From an uncultured Clostridium sp. (GTDB lineage: Bacteria > Bacillota > Clostridia > TANB77 > CAG-508), in assembly GCA_947651825.1 (NCBI GenBank), contig CANTAQ010000007.1, forward strand, positions 2,446-66,445: a DNA stretch of 64,000 nt, given 5' to 3'. The notes beneath the pieces were generated by a model. The model did no database searches. It saw only the letters and a program-made list of their open reading frames with translations, and had not been told where the DNA came from. Made by a program: the position numbers and the translations under genes. How positions within the stretch are numbered: position 1 is the stretch's first letter; each line of letters starts with the position of its first letter. Positions 9,594 through 18,846 of this stretch are shown piece after piece.

Positions 9594-9929
9594 ATGCCTA
9601 AGATAATACAATTAAAAACAAATAATACTACTGCATATCCAAAAGGAGTTTTTAAATCTGTTCGTAATATTAATTTAGGAGCAGGAGAGAGATATGTAGA
9701 TAAAGATATTTTGAAAGCTTCTCTTGTTATTGTATATTTTACAGTTACAGTTACAAGATATAGAAATCAATTTGTTATACCAAGAGGAGATGAACAATGG
9801 TATATAAATCTTACAAATAATTGGATAACATATGCTCATATTAATTGGATAAGTGGAACATTACTTACTTCTAATTCTAATACAGATAATGAAAATCACT
9901 TTATAATTGGCTATGACTTAATTGCTTAA
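9594..9929 (+). CDS. Phage hypothetical protein
   Basis: ORF with SD GGAGGA, located in the tail module. Confidence 0.4.
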   Translation: MPKIIQLKTNNTTAYPKGVFKSVRNINLGAGERYVDKDILKASLVIVYFTVTVTRYRNQFVIPRGDEQWYINLTNNWITYAHINWISGTLLTSNSNTDNENHFIIGYDLIA

Positions 9930-9939
9930 ACAGAATAAT

Positions 9940-10401
9940 ATGACAAAGAGTATAAAATTAAAAAATAATATGTATTTAGATACTAAGGGGATAATACATA
10001 ATAAAAGAGAGTTAAATACAGTAATAGATAATGTAAATTCAAGTATTATAGATAAAACTTCTAATGCTTTAGCAGTAACAACGAGAACAGATGAAATAAC
10101 ACTAATAAACTTTGACATTACAGAACCAGGCAAATATTTGATTTTTTCTAAAGTTCCAGTAAATTATTATGGAGCTGAAGGTAGAGAATTATTTCTTTAT
10201 TTAAAACTTAACAATATAATAGAAGATATAGCAGGTGGAGTATTAAATAATTACATATGGACACATTATGAAACACTATTTGCAATATGTAATGTTCCAG
10301 CAAATTCCAATATAAAATTAACAGTAAAAAATAATGGAGCAGGTAAACAATTTGCAATTGGAGGGTTTTCACTAAGATGTATGAAATTAAAAGGTGAATA
10401 A
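9940..10401 (+). CDS. Phage hypothetical (fibre-associated) protein
   Basis: Start chosen at MTKSIKLKNNMYLDTKG by analogy with the truncated paralog at 10567. Confidence 0.4.
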   Translation: MTKSIKLKNNMYLDTKGIIHNKRELNTVIDNVNSSIIDKTSNALAVTTRTDEITLINFDITEPGKYLIFSKVPVNYYGAEGRELFLYLKLNNIIEDIAGGVLNNYIWTHYETLFAICNVPANSNIKLTVKNNGAGKQFAIGGFSLRCMKLKGE

Positions 10402-10566
10402 AGTTATATGGTATAAGCTTTTGTTAAAAATAATGAAAAGTATAAAAGACTATTAGCAAAATACTTGCATATGGTCTTTTTTGCGCAAACAATTTCTTAT
10501 TATATATTAGAAAATAAAATTATAAGATAATATTAAATAAAGTGAAATATTTAAAGCGGAGGAAAA

Positions 10567-10704
10567 ATGAATAAAAGTTATAGATTAAAAAATGGAAATT
10601 ATATAGATACAAGAGGAATAGTAAATAACAAGGTTATATTAAGTGATTTGTTAAGAAATATGAGTAAAAACCCAATAGGAGAATTTATAAATTGTATTTA
10701 CTAG
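10567..10704 (+). pseudogene. Truncated paralog of 9940..10401 (N-terminal 45 codons only)
   Basis: MNKSYRLKNGNYIDTRGIVNNK compared with MTKSIKLKNNMYLDTKGIIHNK. Own SD GGAGG. Confidence 0.5.
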
Positions 10705-10707
10705 TTT

Positions 10708-11070
10708 ATGATGAATTGGAGGTGTAAGAGTGTGGATGAATTAATGGAGTTACATTTTACAAATAATATATGGATTTTTATATTACCACTAGCATTAATG
10801 ATATTAGATGTAATAACAGGATATTATAATTCATGGAGAAATAACGAGATTTCAAGTAGTAAAATGAGAAATGGATTAGGGAAAAAATGTGCCGAGCTAT
10901 GCTATGTAGTTCTTGGCACTTTATTTAATTTCGCGTTTGGAATAAGTGCAATAATGTATTTTATGGTAATTTATGTGTGCTATATGGAAGTAGTATCACT
11001 ATTTGAAAATTGTGCAAAATTAGGATTACCAATGCCGAATAGAATAAAGAAAAAACTAAACAACAAATAA
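10708..11070 (+). CDS. Phage holin (TcdE / phage_holin_4-like). True start may be GTG 10732 or ATG 10744
   Basis: Three hydrophobic helices and a basic C-terminus, directly upstream of the endolysin. Confidence 0.7.
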   Translation: MMNWRCKSVDELMELHFTNNIWIFILPLALMILDVITGYYNSWRNNEISSSKMRNGLGKKCAELCYVVLGTLFNFAFGISAIMYFMVIYVCYMEVVSLFENCAKLGLPMPNRIKKKLNNK

Positions 11071-11190
11071 ATAGAACGTGAATATATTATATTAATATTT
11101 AAATTAATGAGGAGGACAATTATGGAAGATGATGAAGTAATGAAACCAGTAGAAGAGAGTTTTGAAGAAATATTTGAGGAGGAGGTATAA

Positions 11191-11892
11191 ATGGATTGTA
11201 GAGTATTAAAAACAGGCAAATGTGAAATATCACAAAGCTATAAAGGAACTGGACATAACGGTATAGACTTAGTAGGTGCAGGTTATACTCTAGATTATGT
11301 AGTTGCACATTCAGCAGGCGTAGTTGTAGGAGTAAGAACTGATATCAATTACAATACTAGTAGTGCAGGAGGACCTAAAATATATGGAAACTATGTAAAA
11401 ATAAGACACGATAATGGGATGTACACATTTTATGCTCATTTAAAATATGGGAGTGTAACAGTTAAATTGAATCAAAGAGTAGAAAAAGGTGAAGTAATAG
11501 GTTATATGGGAAATACAGGCTATTCATTTGGAGCTCATTTACATTTTGAAGTAAGAAATTCAGATAATGTTCAAATAGATCCAACACCATATATAAATGC
11601 AGATTTACCAGGAAATAATATAATTAAATATAGTGTGGGAACAACATATACAACACAAGTTATATTAAAAGTAAGAGCAGGAGCAGGAACTAATTATGCA
11701 CAAAAAACATATTCACAATTAACACCTAATGCAAAAGCAAATGCATACTCAAGTGGAGCAAATATTGGCTGTTTAAAAGTAGGAACAAGAGTAACATGTT
11801 TAGAAACAAGAAATGTTGGAAATGATATTTGGATAAGAATACCAAGTGGTTGGGTAGCAGGATTTTATAATGGAAAAATATATGTGAAATAA
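11191..11892 (+). CDS. Endolysin: M23 peptidase domain plus C-terminal SH3-like domain
   Basis: HNGIDL ... GNTGYSFGAHLHFEV (M23 metal ligands). C-terminal SH3-like YTTQVILKVRAGAGTNY. Confidence 0.8.
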   Translation: MDCRVLKTGKCEISQSYKGTGHNGIDLVGAGYTLDYVVAHSAGVVVGVRTDINYNTSSAGGPKIYGNYVKIRHDNGMYTFYAHLKYGSVTVKLNQRVEKGEVIGYMGNTGYSFGAHLHFEVRNSDNVQIDPTPYINADLPGNNIIKYSVGTTYTTQVILKVRAGAGTNYAQKTYSQLTPNAKANAYSSGANIGCLKVGTRVTCLETRNVGNDIWIRIPSGWVAGFYNGKIYVK

Positions 11893-11898
11893 TAAAAG

Positions 11899-11927
11899 AG
11901 CACTTACTTTATGTAGGTGCTTTTTTT
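11899..11927 (+). terminator. Endolysin terminator
   Basis: AGCACTTAC/GTAGGTGCT stem followed by T7. Confidence 0.65.
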
Positions 11928-11940
11928 ACCATAAAAACAC

Positions 11941-11970
11941 CCCCGCCCACAGGAGTTCCTGTGGGCGGGG
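11941..11970 (-). terminator. Perfect 12-bp GC-rich hairpin, terminator of cassette A
   Basis: CCCCGCCCACAG-GAGTTC-CTGTGGGCGGGG. A T-rich tract follows on the minus strand. Confidence 0.75.
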
Positions 11971-11982
11971 TAGGGCACTAAA

Positions 11983-12336
11983 TCAGCTGCCCAGGACCAA
12001 GATGATGTTTTCCAACCGGTGGTGTAAATTGTCAAATATTGTAGAATAGCAAAGAACCTTTTGGGAAACTTCAAACCGACTTTTGCCGCCGCTGAGAGCA
12101 TTGTCAAGTTCTAACAATAGCTCTTGGACATCTGCCTCCATGTTGATGAATAGAGATGGATTATCTGCTATTTTCTGTTGGCAAGACGTCAGAAAGTCGT
12201 GAAGTACTTTCTGCTCCATATTGTTTGGCGTGTGGTTTAGGGTATCAAGGAACTTCTTGAGAGTATTGCTGATTTGCTTTGCTTCGGCAGCTGTCTGCCG
12301 AAGATTTTCAAAAATGGGTAACATTGTTGTTACCAT
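11983..12336 (-). CDS. Hypothetical helical protein, higher-G+C cassette A (start may be the second ATG at 12324)
   Basis: Clean ORF, composition visibly G+C-richer than flanks. In-frame CGG at codons 13 and 107 with no frame change. Confidence 0.6.
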   Translation of the reverse strand: MVTTMLPIFENLRQTAAEAKQISNTLKKFLDTLNHTPNNMEQKVLHDFLTSCQQKIADNPSLFINMEADVQELLLELDNALSGGKSRFEVSQKVLCYSTIFDNLHHRLENIILVLGS

Positions 12337-12379
12337 CCTTTCCGGGACATGCCCTAGAATTATGTTTGGACTACAGATT

Positions 12380-12408
12380 ATTATAATCTAATTTACATAA
12401 AATGTCAA
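12380..12408 (-). promoter_or_regulatory. Consensus sigma-A promoter of cassette A
   Basis: TTGACA, 17 nt, TATAAT read on the minus strand. Confidence 0.6.
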
Positions 12409-12419
12409 TCTGCAAAACT

Positions 12420-12767
12420 CTATGCCGTTGTTTTTAATTCCCTTATTTTTTGAGCATTTTGTTCAATAATAGTATTATAATATTTTTCAAGTTCTATTAA
12501 CCTGTCCATTGATAACATGCTTAATGCTTCTTCATTTCCATCAAGAACCCTTAAAAAGTTTTCTCTTTCAACAGCCACCATAACTGATTTTGCATCAACT
12601 TTTAGGTTACTCATAAAATTATCTTGAGCTTTTGAATTTAGCATATTATAGGTTTCTTGCTTTATATAATTATTTTGTTTATCTTCTTTTGCAAAGATTT
12701 TTTTGAAGAAATTTTTGATTTTAGATAAAAAATTTTCCTTATAAACTATCATTCCATTATTTTGCAT
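12420..12767 (-). CDS. Hypothetical protein, translationally coupled to 12757..14556
   Basis: 11-nt overlap with the upstream ORF. No recognisable motif. Confidence 0.5.
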   Translation of the reverse strand: MQNNGMIVYKENFLSKIKNFFKKIFAKEDKQNNYIKQETYNMLNSKAQDNFMSNLKVDAKSVMVAVERENFLRVLDGNEEALSMLSMDRLIELEKYYNTIIEQNAQKIRELKTTA

Positions 12768-14556
12768 CTTTATACTCCTTCTTTTGAACGTTTAATCTTG
12801 ATATTTCAGCTTGTTGTCTATGTATTATTTGTTGTTGAGCAAGAATTCTTGAGATTAAAGCTACTTTCTCATGATTTCCTGAATCTGTTTCTTGAACTTC
12901 AGTTGAGTCTATAGGAACTTTTTCTACAGAAGTAGAAGCTATTTCTATAGAATCTTTCAAATGAAATCCATTTTCTTCTAATTTGGCAATAATTTCTTCA
13001 ACACTTTTTTCTCCAAGATTTCTTATTGTAATTAATTCATTAAATGTAAGATTAGCAACTTGGTCCAAAGAAGTAAAGCCTGCTCTTGATAAACAATTAT
13101 AAGATCTAGTTGATAGACTTAGATTGCTTAAAGAAAGAGGATCTAATGGCTCAATAATTTCTGCTTCAGGAATAGGGGGCTCTTTTAATTGCAAACCATA
13201 TTTTTCTAAAGCAGCAACAACTTCATCAAAACTTTTTTTCCCAAGGCTTCGTATATTCTTTAATTCTTTTACTGTAAAATTTGCAAGTTCAGCTAACGTT
13301 TTAATACCATGTCTAGATAAAAGATTATAAGTTCTCATTGAAAAATCTAAATTAGCTATTGCAATTCCCTCAGGTTTTCCTGCTATATCTGATATGGATA
13401 TTGAAGATTTCTCTTTTGGTTCTAAGCTTCTTTGCCTAAATGCCCTTATAATTTCAAGTCCTCTTACAATAGTAGGATTATCTTTTATATTTTGCATATT
13501 TGATAAATTAGCAATGGTTAGACTCTTTTGGAATTCAGATAATGCTGTTTTTTCGCTATCTGTTAAGAATTCACTATCCATAGAGACATTTAAAGGGTAT
13601 GAATAGTTACGTAATTTGAGGATTAATTTCCTACGTGCTTTGTGTTCTATCTGAGATATTGTACTACGAGACAAATTAAACTCTTTTGCAAGAGTGGACA
13701 ATGAGTTAGGTGAGGTATTATCACTTAATGCTAATCTTCTTGTGACTACATATTGTTCTCTTTCACTTAATTTTTGAAATTCAGCTTTAAGCTGTTTGCT
13801 AGAATATAAACTTAGACTTGAAGCGCCATATAATCCATCAACGATATAAAGATATAATTTATCATAATAATTACTATTTGGGTCAAAGTCGATATCTATA
13901 ACAGTCCTTACAATGGAACGAGCTAACATGTTATCTTGATGATTTTTTAATTTTTCTTCTGTAAATAATTTATAAAAGTTATCCATTGTTCTATAAGTGG
14001 ATAGAATGTGATTAATATCTTTTTCAGATTGACCATACTGTTTTGCTAATTGTTCTACTTTAGTAGGAAAGCCAAAAGCCTCACCAACGTTTCCCTCTTT
14101 ACATTTCGAAATTTGTTCATCTGAAAGTTTACCATGATATTTTCTACTAACAACATAACTATAGTATCTTTGCATTTTTTCATATTCCACTAAGAGTTTA
14201 TTGTAACTTGCATCATCTTTAGCATATTTCATTAATATTTCTTGTGAGACGGGAGGTGCCATTTTAAGTTTTGGGTATTTTTTCATCCACGTAACTAGAG
14301 CATCAATTTTTTCATCTATAGTAGAATCGAATTTTCTTTCTAGCAGACCAATTGCTTCTAATCTACTTAATTGCTCTTTTGATATATTTATAGGTCTTTT
14401 TTTATCACTTGTATTATTTATTGAACTTCTTATTTGTATTGCCCAGCTTCCTATAGGATGTCCCTCGAAAATTGTTTTGCTAGAAACTTTCTCTCCAGTT
14501 TGGTGAAATCTTTCTAGTATTTGTATTTTTTCTTCTAAAGTTACATTTATAGGCAT
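12757..14556 (-). CDS. Putative transcription factor: helicase-associated (HA)-like repeats, sigma-70 region-4 HTH, two RpoA alpha-CTD-like domains
   Basis: LSTLAKEFNLSRSTISQIEHKARRKL (region 4-like). Two copies of (M/T)R(T/S)YN(L/C)LSR.G...L..(L/V)AN.T..EL..IR.LG(K/E)KS..E(V/I), resembling the alpha-CTD helix-hairpin-helix. Confidence 0.6.
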   Translation of the reverse strand: MPINVTLEEKIQILERFHQTGEKVSSKTIFEGHPIGSWAIQIRSSINNTSDKKRPINISKEQLSRLEAIGLLERKFDSTIDEKIDALVTWMKKYPKLKMAPPVSQEILMKYAKDDASYNKLLVEYEKMQRYYSYVVSRKYHGKLSDEQISKCKEGNVGEAFGFPTKVEQLAKQYGQSEKDINHILSTYRTMDNFYKLFTEEKLKNHQDNMLARSIVRTVIDIDFDPNSNYYDKLYLYIVDGLYGASSLSLYSSKQLKAEFQKLSEREQYVVTRRLALSDNTSPNSLSTLAKEFNLSRSTISQIEHKARRKLILKLRNYSYPLNVSMDSEFLTDSEKTALSEFQKSLTIANLSNMQNIKDNPTIVRGLEIIRAFRQRSLEPKEKSSISISDIAGKPEGIAIANLDFSMRTYNLLSRHGIKTLAELANFTVKELKNIRSLGKKSFDEVVAALEKYGLQLKEPPIPEAEIIEPLDPLSLSNLSLSTRSYNCLSRAGFTSLDQVANLTFNELITIRNLGEKSVEEIIAKLEENGFHLKDSIEIASTSVEKVPIDSTEVQETDSGNHEKVALISRILAQQQIIHRQQAEISRLNVQKKEYKDAK

Positions 14557-14730
14557 TTATGATATCTCCTTTTTTCTTAAAAATTCCATTAACAAATGCA
14601 TTATATTATAAAAAATTTTTTAAAACAATAGATAATAGAAAATTTTATAACAACTTATTATATAGTTGTAAAATCACATTAAATATGATATATTCAAGAC
14701 GAATTATAAGTAAGTGGAAAGGATATAAAT

Positions 14731-15783
14731 ATGAGCAATATAGAAAATGAAGAAGAAATAAGAAGGTTCATAGAAAATAATAAAAGAGCACACTTTTTGC
14801 AGTCACCAGAATGGGCAAAAGTAAAAACAGAATGGGAGCATGAATATGCGATTGTTAGAGATGAAAAAGAACAGATAAAAGGAGTAATGAGTATTCTGCT
14901 AAGAAAAGTTCCAATATTTCATAGATATATAATGTATGCACCAAGAGGATTTGTATGTGACGAACATGACAAAGATATTTTGCTAGGTCTTACAGAAGAA
15001 GCAAAGAAGATTGCAAAAAAATATAAAGCTTTTATTTTCAGATTAGATCCTGATATTTCAAAGGATGACGAAGAGTTTCAGAAAATAATTAAAGAATTAG
15101 GATACAAAACCAAAAATAATATAAAAAGTATAAATCAAGTAATTCAACCTAAATATGTTTTTAGATTAAATGTTAAAGATAGAACAGAAGAAGAATTATT
15201 GGCATCATTTCATTCTAAAACAAGATATAATATAAGATTAGCAACAAAAAAAGGAGTAACAATAAGAGAGGGCAATAGAGAAGATTTAAAATCATTTCAT
15301 GATATTATGAAGACAACTGGTTCAAGAGATGAATTTTTTATAAGACCACTATCATATTTTGAAAAAATATATGATAGTATGGGAGCAGAACATATAAAAT
15401 TAATAATAGCCGAATATGAAGGAAAACCAATATCAGCAGTATTACCAATAAAATATGGTAATAAAGTATGGTATTTATATGGAGGAAGTTCAAATGAACA
15501 CAGAAATTTAATGCCAAATTATTTATTACAATGGGAAATGATAAAATGGGCAAAAGAATCAAGCTGTGATATATATGATTTTAGGGGAGTTTCAGGATTT
15601 AAATCGGAAAATGATCAACAGTATGGAGTGTATAAATTCAAAAAAGGATTCAATGGAGATTTTGTAGAATTTGTAAATGAAATGTATATCGTATTTAATC
15701 CAGTAATGAATACTATATTTAATATAAGCCAAAGCATATATAGAAAAATAACAAATTTGAGAGACAAGATTTTTAAAAAATAA
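14731..15783 (+). CDS. FemAB-family peptidoglycan cross-bridge aminoacyltransferase
   Basis: FHSKTRYNIRLATKKGV, YLYGGSS, NYLLQWEMIKWAKE, typical of the FemAB family. Confidence 0.8.
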   Translation: MSNIENEEEIRRFIENNKRAHFLQSPEWAKVKTEWEHEYAIVRDEKEQIKGVMSILLRKVPIFHRYIMYAPRGFVCDEHDKDILLGLTEEAKKIAKKYKAFIFRLDPDISKDDEEFQKIIKELGYKTKNNIKSINQVIQPKYVFRLNVKDRTEEELLASFHSKTRYNIRLATKKGVTIREGNREDLKSFHDIMKTTGSRDEFFIRPLSYFEKIYDSMGAEHIKLIIAEYEGKPISAVLPIKYGNKVWYLYGGSSNEHRNLMPNYLLQWEMIKWAKESSCDIYDFRGVSGFKSENDQQYGVYKFKKGFNGDFVEFVNEMYIVFNPVMNTIFNISQSIYRKITNLRDKIFKK

Positions 15784-15944
15784 AGAATGTATAAAAAAGA
15801 AAAATATCCATGTGTAGATATAAAGCATGAATTAACAAACAAAAGAACATAGAAATTGATAGAGTTTCTATGTTTTTTGACATAATACGAACACCATCTT
15901 CATTTGGTTTGCATAATATGTATTAAATAAAGGAGGAATATTTA

Positions 15945-17205
15945 ATGGCAAGTTATGTAATAGAAGGTGGGAAAAGACTAGAAGGAGAAACGTATGTATC
16001 AGGGTCAAAGAATGCTTCACTCCCTATAATAGCAGCAAGTATTCTAAATAAAGGAACAAGCACTTTATATAATGTACCAAATATATATGATACAAAAGCA
16101 ATACTAGAAATCTTGCGTGTTTTAGGAGGAAAAATAGTCAAAAAAAATAATAAGATAATTATAGATACATCAAAAATAGAAAATAAAGAAATACCAGAAA
16201 TTTTAATGAGAAAGATTAGATCATCAGTAGTATTGGCAGGTGCAATTTTAGGAAGATTTAAAGAAGCAACTTTCTCATATCCAGGTGGATGTGAAATAGG
16301 AGCAAGACCAATAGATTTACATTTAAGTGGCTTCAGAAAATTAGGAATAAAAATTGAGGAAAATGCTGGATTTATTAGGTGCTATTGTGATAAAATAATG
16401 GGGTCTGATATACATTTGGATTTTCCTTCTGTTGGAGCAACTGAAAATATAATGATGGCAGCGGTTTTAGCAGAACGGAGAAACTACTATATCAAATGCA
16501 GCAATGGAACCGGAAATAGTAGATTTGCAGAATTTCTTGAACAAAATGGGAGCTAAAGTAGAAGGAGCAGGAACCAATATAATAAAGATAAAAGGAGTTA
16601 AGAGTCTAAAAAATGTCAACTATAATATAATGCCTGATAGAATTGAGGCAGGAACACTTTTGTGTATGACAGCAATAACAGGTGGAGAAATAATGTTGGA
16701 AGATGTAAATATAGAGCATATAAATCCAGTATTACATAAATTACAAGAAAGTGGATGTAAAATAAAAACAGAAAAGAATAAAGTTTTTTTAGAAGCTCCA
16801 AAAAGATTAAAAGCATTAGATATAAAGACAATGCCACATCCAGGCTTTCCAACAGATATGCAATCTGTATTTGCAGCAATACTCGCAACAGCAAAAGGAA
16901 CATCAATTGTAGTTGAAAATATTTTTGAAAACAGATATAGATATATAAATGAATTACAAAGAATGGGTGCAAAAATTACAGTAGAAGGAAGAGCAGCAAT
17001 AATAAAAGGAACTAAAAAATTAATAGGTGCAAATGTGAAATCGACAGACTTAAGAGGTGGAGCAGCAATGTGCACAGCGGCATTAGCAGCAAAAGGAATA
17101 ACTAATATAGGGAATATAGAATATATTTTAAGAGGATATGAGAATTTAGATGAAAAGTTGTTAACACTAGGAGCAAGTATAGCAAAGAAAATGGAGAGCA
17201 AATAA
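15945..17205 (+). CDS. murA: UDP-N-acetylglucosamine 1-carboxyvinyltransferase, read across a CGG frame change at C16476
   Basis: Track ORFs 15945-16556 and 16504-17205 join as ..MMAAVLAE|GETTISNAAMEPEIVDLQNF.. to give a full-length MurA. Confidence 0.85.
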
Positions 17206-17211
17206 ATAATT

Positions 17212-17250
17212 GTTTCTAGGAAAATTTTTTGAGAACATTTTCCTAGAAAC
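17212..17250 (+). terminator. 14-bp stem hairpin after murA
   Basis: GTTTCTAGGAAAAT ... ATTTTCCTAGAAAC. No clear T-run. Confidence 0.45.
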
Positions 17251-17289
17251 GAAATATAATAAAATAGATATAACTTTGGAGGAATTCAA

Positions 17290-18066
17290 ATGGCGCAAAA
17301 AACTAAAGCAAAGAAAAAAACAAAGAAGAAGGTAAATAAAAAATTATCTAAAAAAGCAAGAAAGATAAGGTATACTATGCTATGGTTAACAATACTTGCA
17401 ATAATTATTGGAGTAATAGTATTGGTATTGATGTCAGATTTATTTAATATTTCAAAAATTACAGTAATAAATACTAAAATACTTACAGAAGAACAAGTAG
17501 TACAAGCATCGACTTTACAAACAAATCAAAACAGATTTAAAAAAAGCAAATCAAAAATAATAAGTAATATAAAAACTTTGCCATATGTGGAAAATGTAAA
17601 AATAACTAAAAAATTGAATGGAGAAATTGTTATTGATATAGAAGAAAGAGAAGCAACTTATATGATAAAGCAAGAAGAAAAGTATGCATACATAGATAAC
17701 CAAGGATATATCTTAGAAATATCAACTATACCAATAAATGGACCAATAATAACAGGAGTTGTTAGTCAAAATATTACTCCAGGAAATAGATTAGAGGTCA
17801 AAGATTTAAAAAAATTAGATACATTAATAGAAATAAGAGAATCAGCAAGAGCTCAAAATATTGCAGAATTAATTACAGAAGTAGATATAAGTGATGATAG
17901 AAACTTTATATTAAGTATACCAAGCCATAAAAAAACAGTAGAATTTGGAAATGGGTCAGATATAAATATTAAAATATTAAAACTTATAGAAGTATTGAAG
18001 AAAACAGAGGGACAAGAAGGTACAATTTTCATGAAAAATAGGGTGTATTTTAGTGAGAAGGTATAA
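17290..18066 (+). CDS. divIB: Cell division protein DivIB/FtsQ
   Basis: Basic N-terminus, one TM helix, POTRA-like FNISKITV, located in the division cluster. Confidence 0.7.
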   Translation: MAQKTKAKKKTKKKVNKKLSKKARKIRYTMLWLTILAIIIGVIVLVLMSDLFNISKITVINTKILTEEQVVQASTLQTNQNRFKKSKSKIISNIKTLPYVENVKITKKLNGEIVIDIEEREATYMIKQEEKYAYIDNQGYILEISTIPINGPIITGVVSQNITPGNRLEVKDLKKLDTLIEIRESARAQNIAELITEVDISDDRNFILSIPSHKKTVEFGNGSDINIKILKLIEVLKKTEGQEGTIFMKNRVYFSEKV

Positions 18067-18104
18067 AACAAAGTTTAGCTTTTAAAGTAAGAAAGGAGTC
18101 TATA

Positions 18105-18839
18105 ATGAAAAATGTGCAGATGAGAAACCAAGAAGTAGCTATAATATTAGGAATTATTTGCTTTATATTAACTATAGGGATTTGTATTCAAATAAAGTCT
18201 GTAGATAGCATAACAGAAAAAAAAGGAATTAGTATAAGCGATAATTCAGGACTAATAGATGAAGTATTTAGGCAAAGGCAGATTTATAAAGACTCATATA
18301 AAGAGTTGGAAATAGCAGAAGCAGAATTAGAGAAGATTAGATCACAAGTAACAGAACATACAGATGTAGATAGTTCATTAGAAGCTCAAATAAAGAAAAA
18401 CAACAAACTATTGGGACTAACAGAAGTAAAAGGACCTGGAATAATTATCAAATTAGATGATAATAGAGATATTAACATAGATGAAGTGATTGTAGATCCA
18501 AGTTCATTGATAGTACATGAAGGAGATTTATTACAGATTGTTAATGAATTATTTAATGCAGGGGCAGATGCGATATCAATAAATGGAAAGAGGATAGTAA
18601 ATACAACAGCGATATTATGTGATGGAAATATTATTAGGATAAATGACGAAATGGTTGGTGTACCAATAGAAATAAAAGCAATAGGATATCCAGAAAGATT
18701 GTACTATGCTTTGAATAGAACTCAGGGATATTTAGATATAATGAAAAGAGATGGAGTGAAGGTAAGTTCAGAAAAAAAAGAAGAAATAACAATTCCTAAA
18801 TATGAAGGTGTATACCAATATGAATATATAAAGAGGTGA
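18105..18839 (+). CDS. DUF881 (YlxW/YlxX-like) division-cluster protein
   Basis: N-terminal TM helix, coiled coil, GPGIIIKLDD ... AGADAISINGKRIV. Confidence 0.7.
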   Translation: MKNVQMRNQEVAIILGIICFILTIGICIQIKSVDSITEKKGISISDNSGLIDEVFRQRQIYKDSYKELEIAEAELEKIRSQVTEHTDVDSSLEAQIKKNNKLLGLTEVKGPGIIIKLDDNRDINIDEVIVDPSSLIVHEGDLLQIVNELFNAGADAISINGKRIVNTTAILCDGNIIRINDEMVGVPIEIKAIGYPERLYYALNRTQGYLDIMKRDGVKVSSEKKEEITIPKYEGVYQYEYIKR

Positions 18840-18846
18840 AGTTAGC

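Larger units (their letters stand above)
1..11930 (+). mobile_element. Prophage, tail-morphogenesis and lysis end (left boundary outside window)
   Basis: Co-directional chaperone pair, tape measure, Dit-like and fibre-like ORFs, holin, M23/SH3 endolysin, then terminators. Confidence 0.85.

Noticed and set aside
11904-12107. ORF 11904-12107(-), the +1 continuation after the second CGG of cassette A.
   Set aside because: It reads straight through the perfect GC hairpin terminator and has no family resemblance. The zero-frame ORF ends cleanly just upstream of the hairpin.
14559-14750. 63-aa ORF in the divergent intergenic region upstream of femAB.
   Set aside because: It is A+T-rich promoter-like sequence with no SD, and it overlaps the femAB start.
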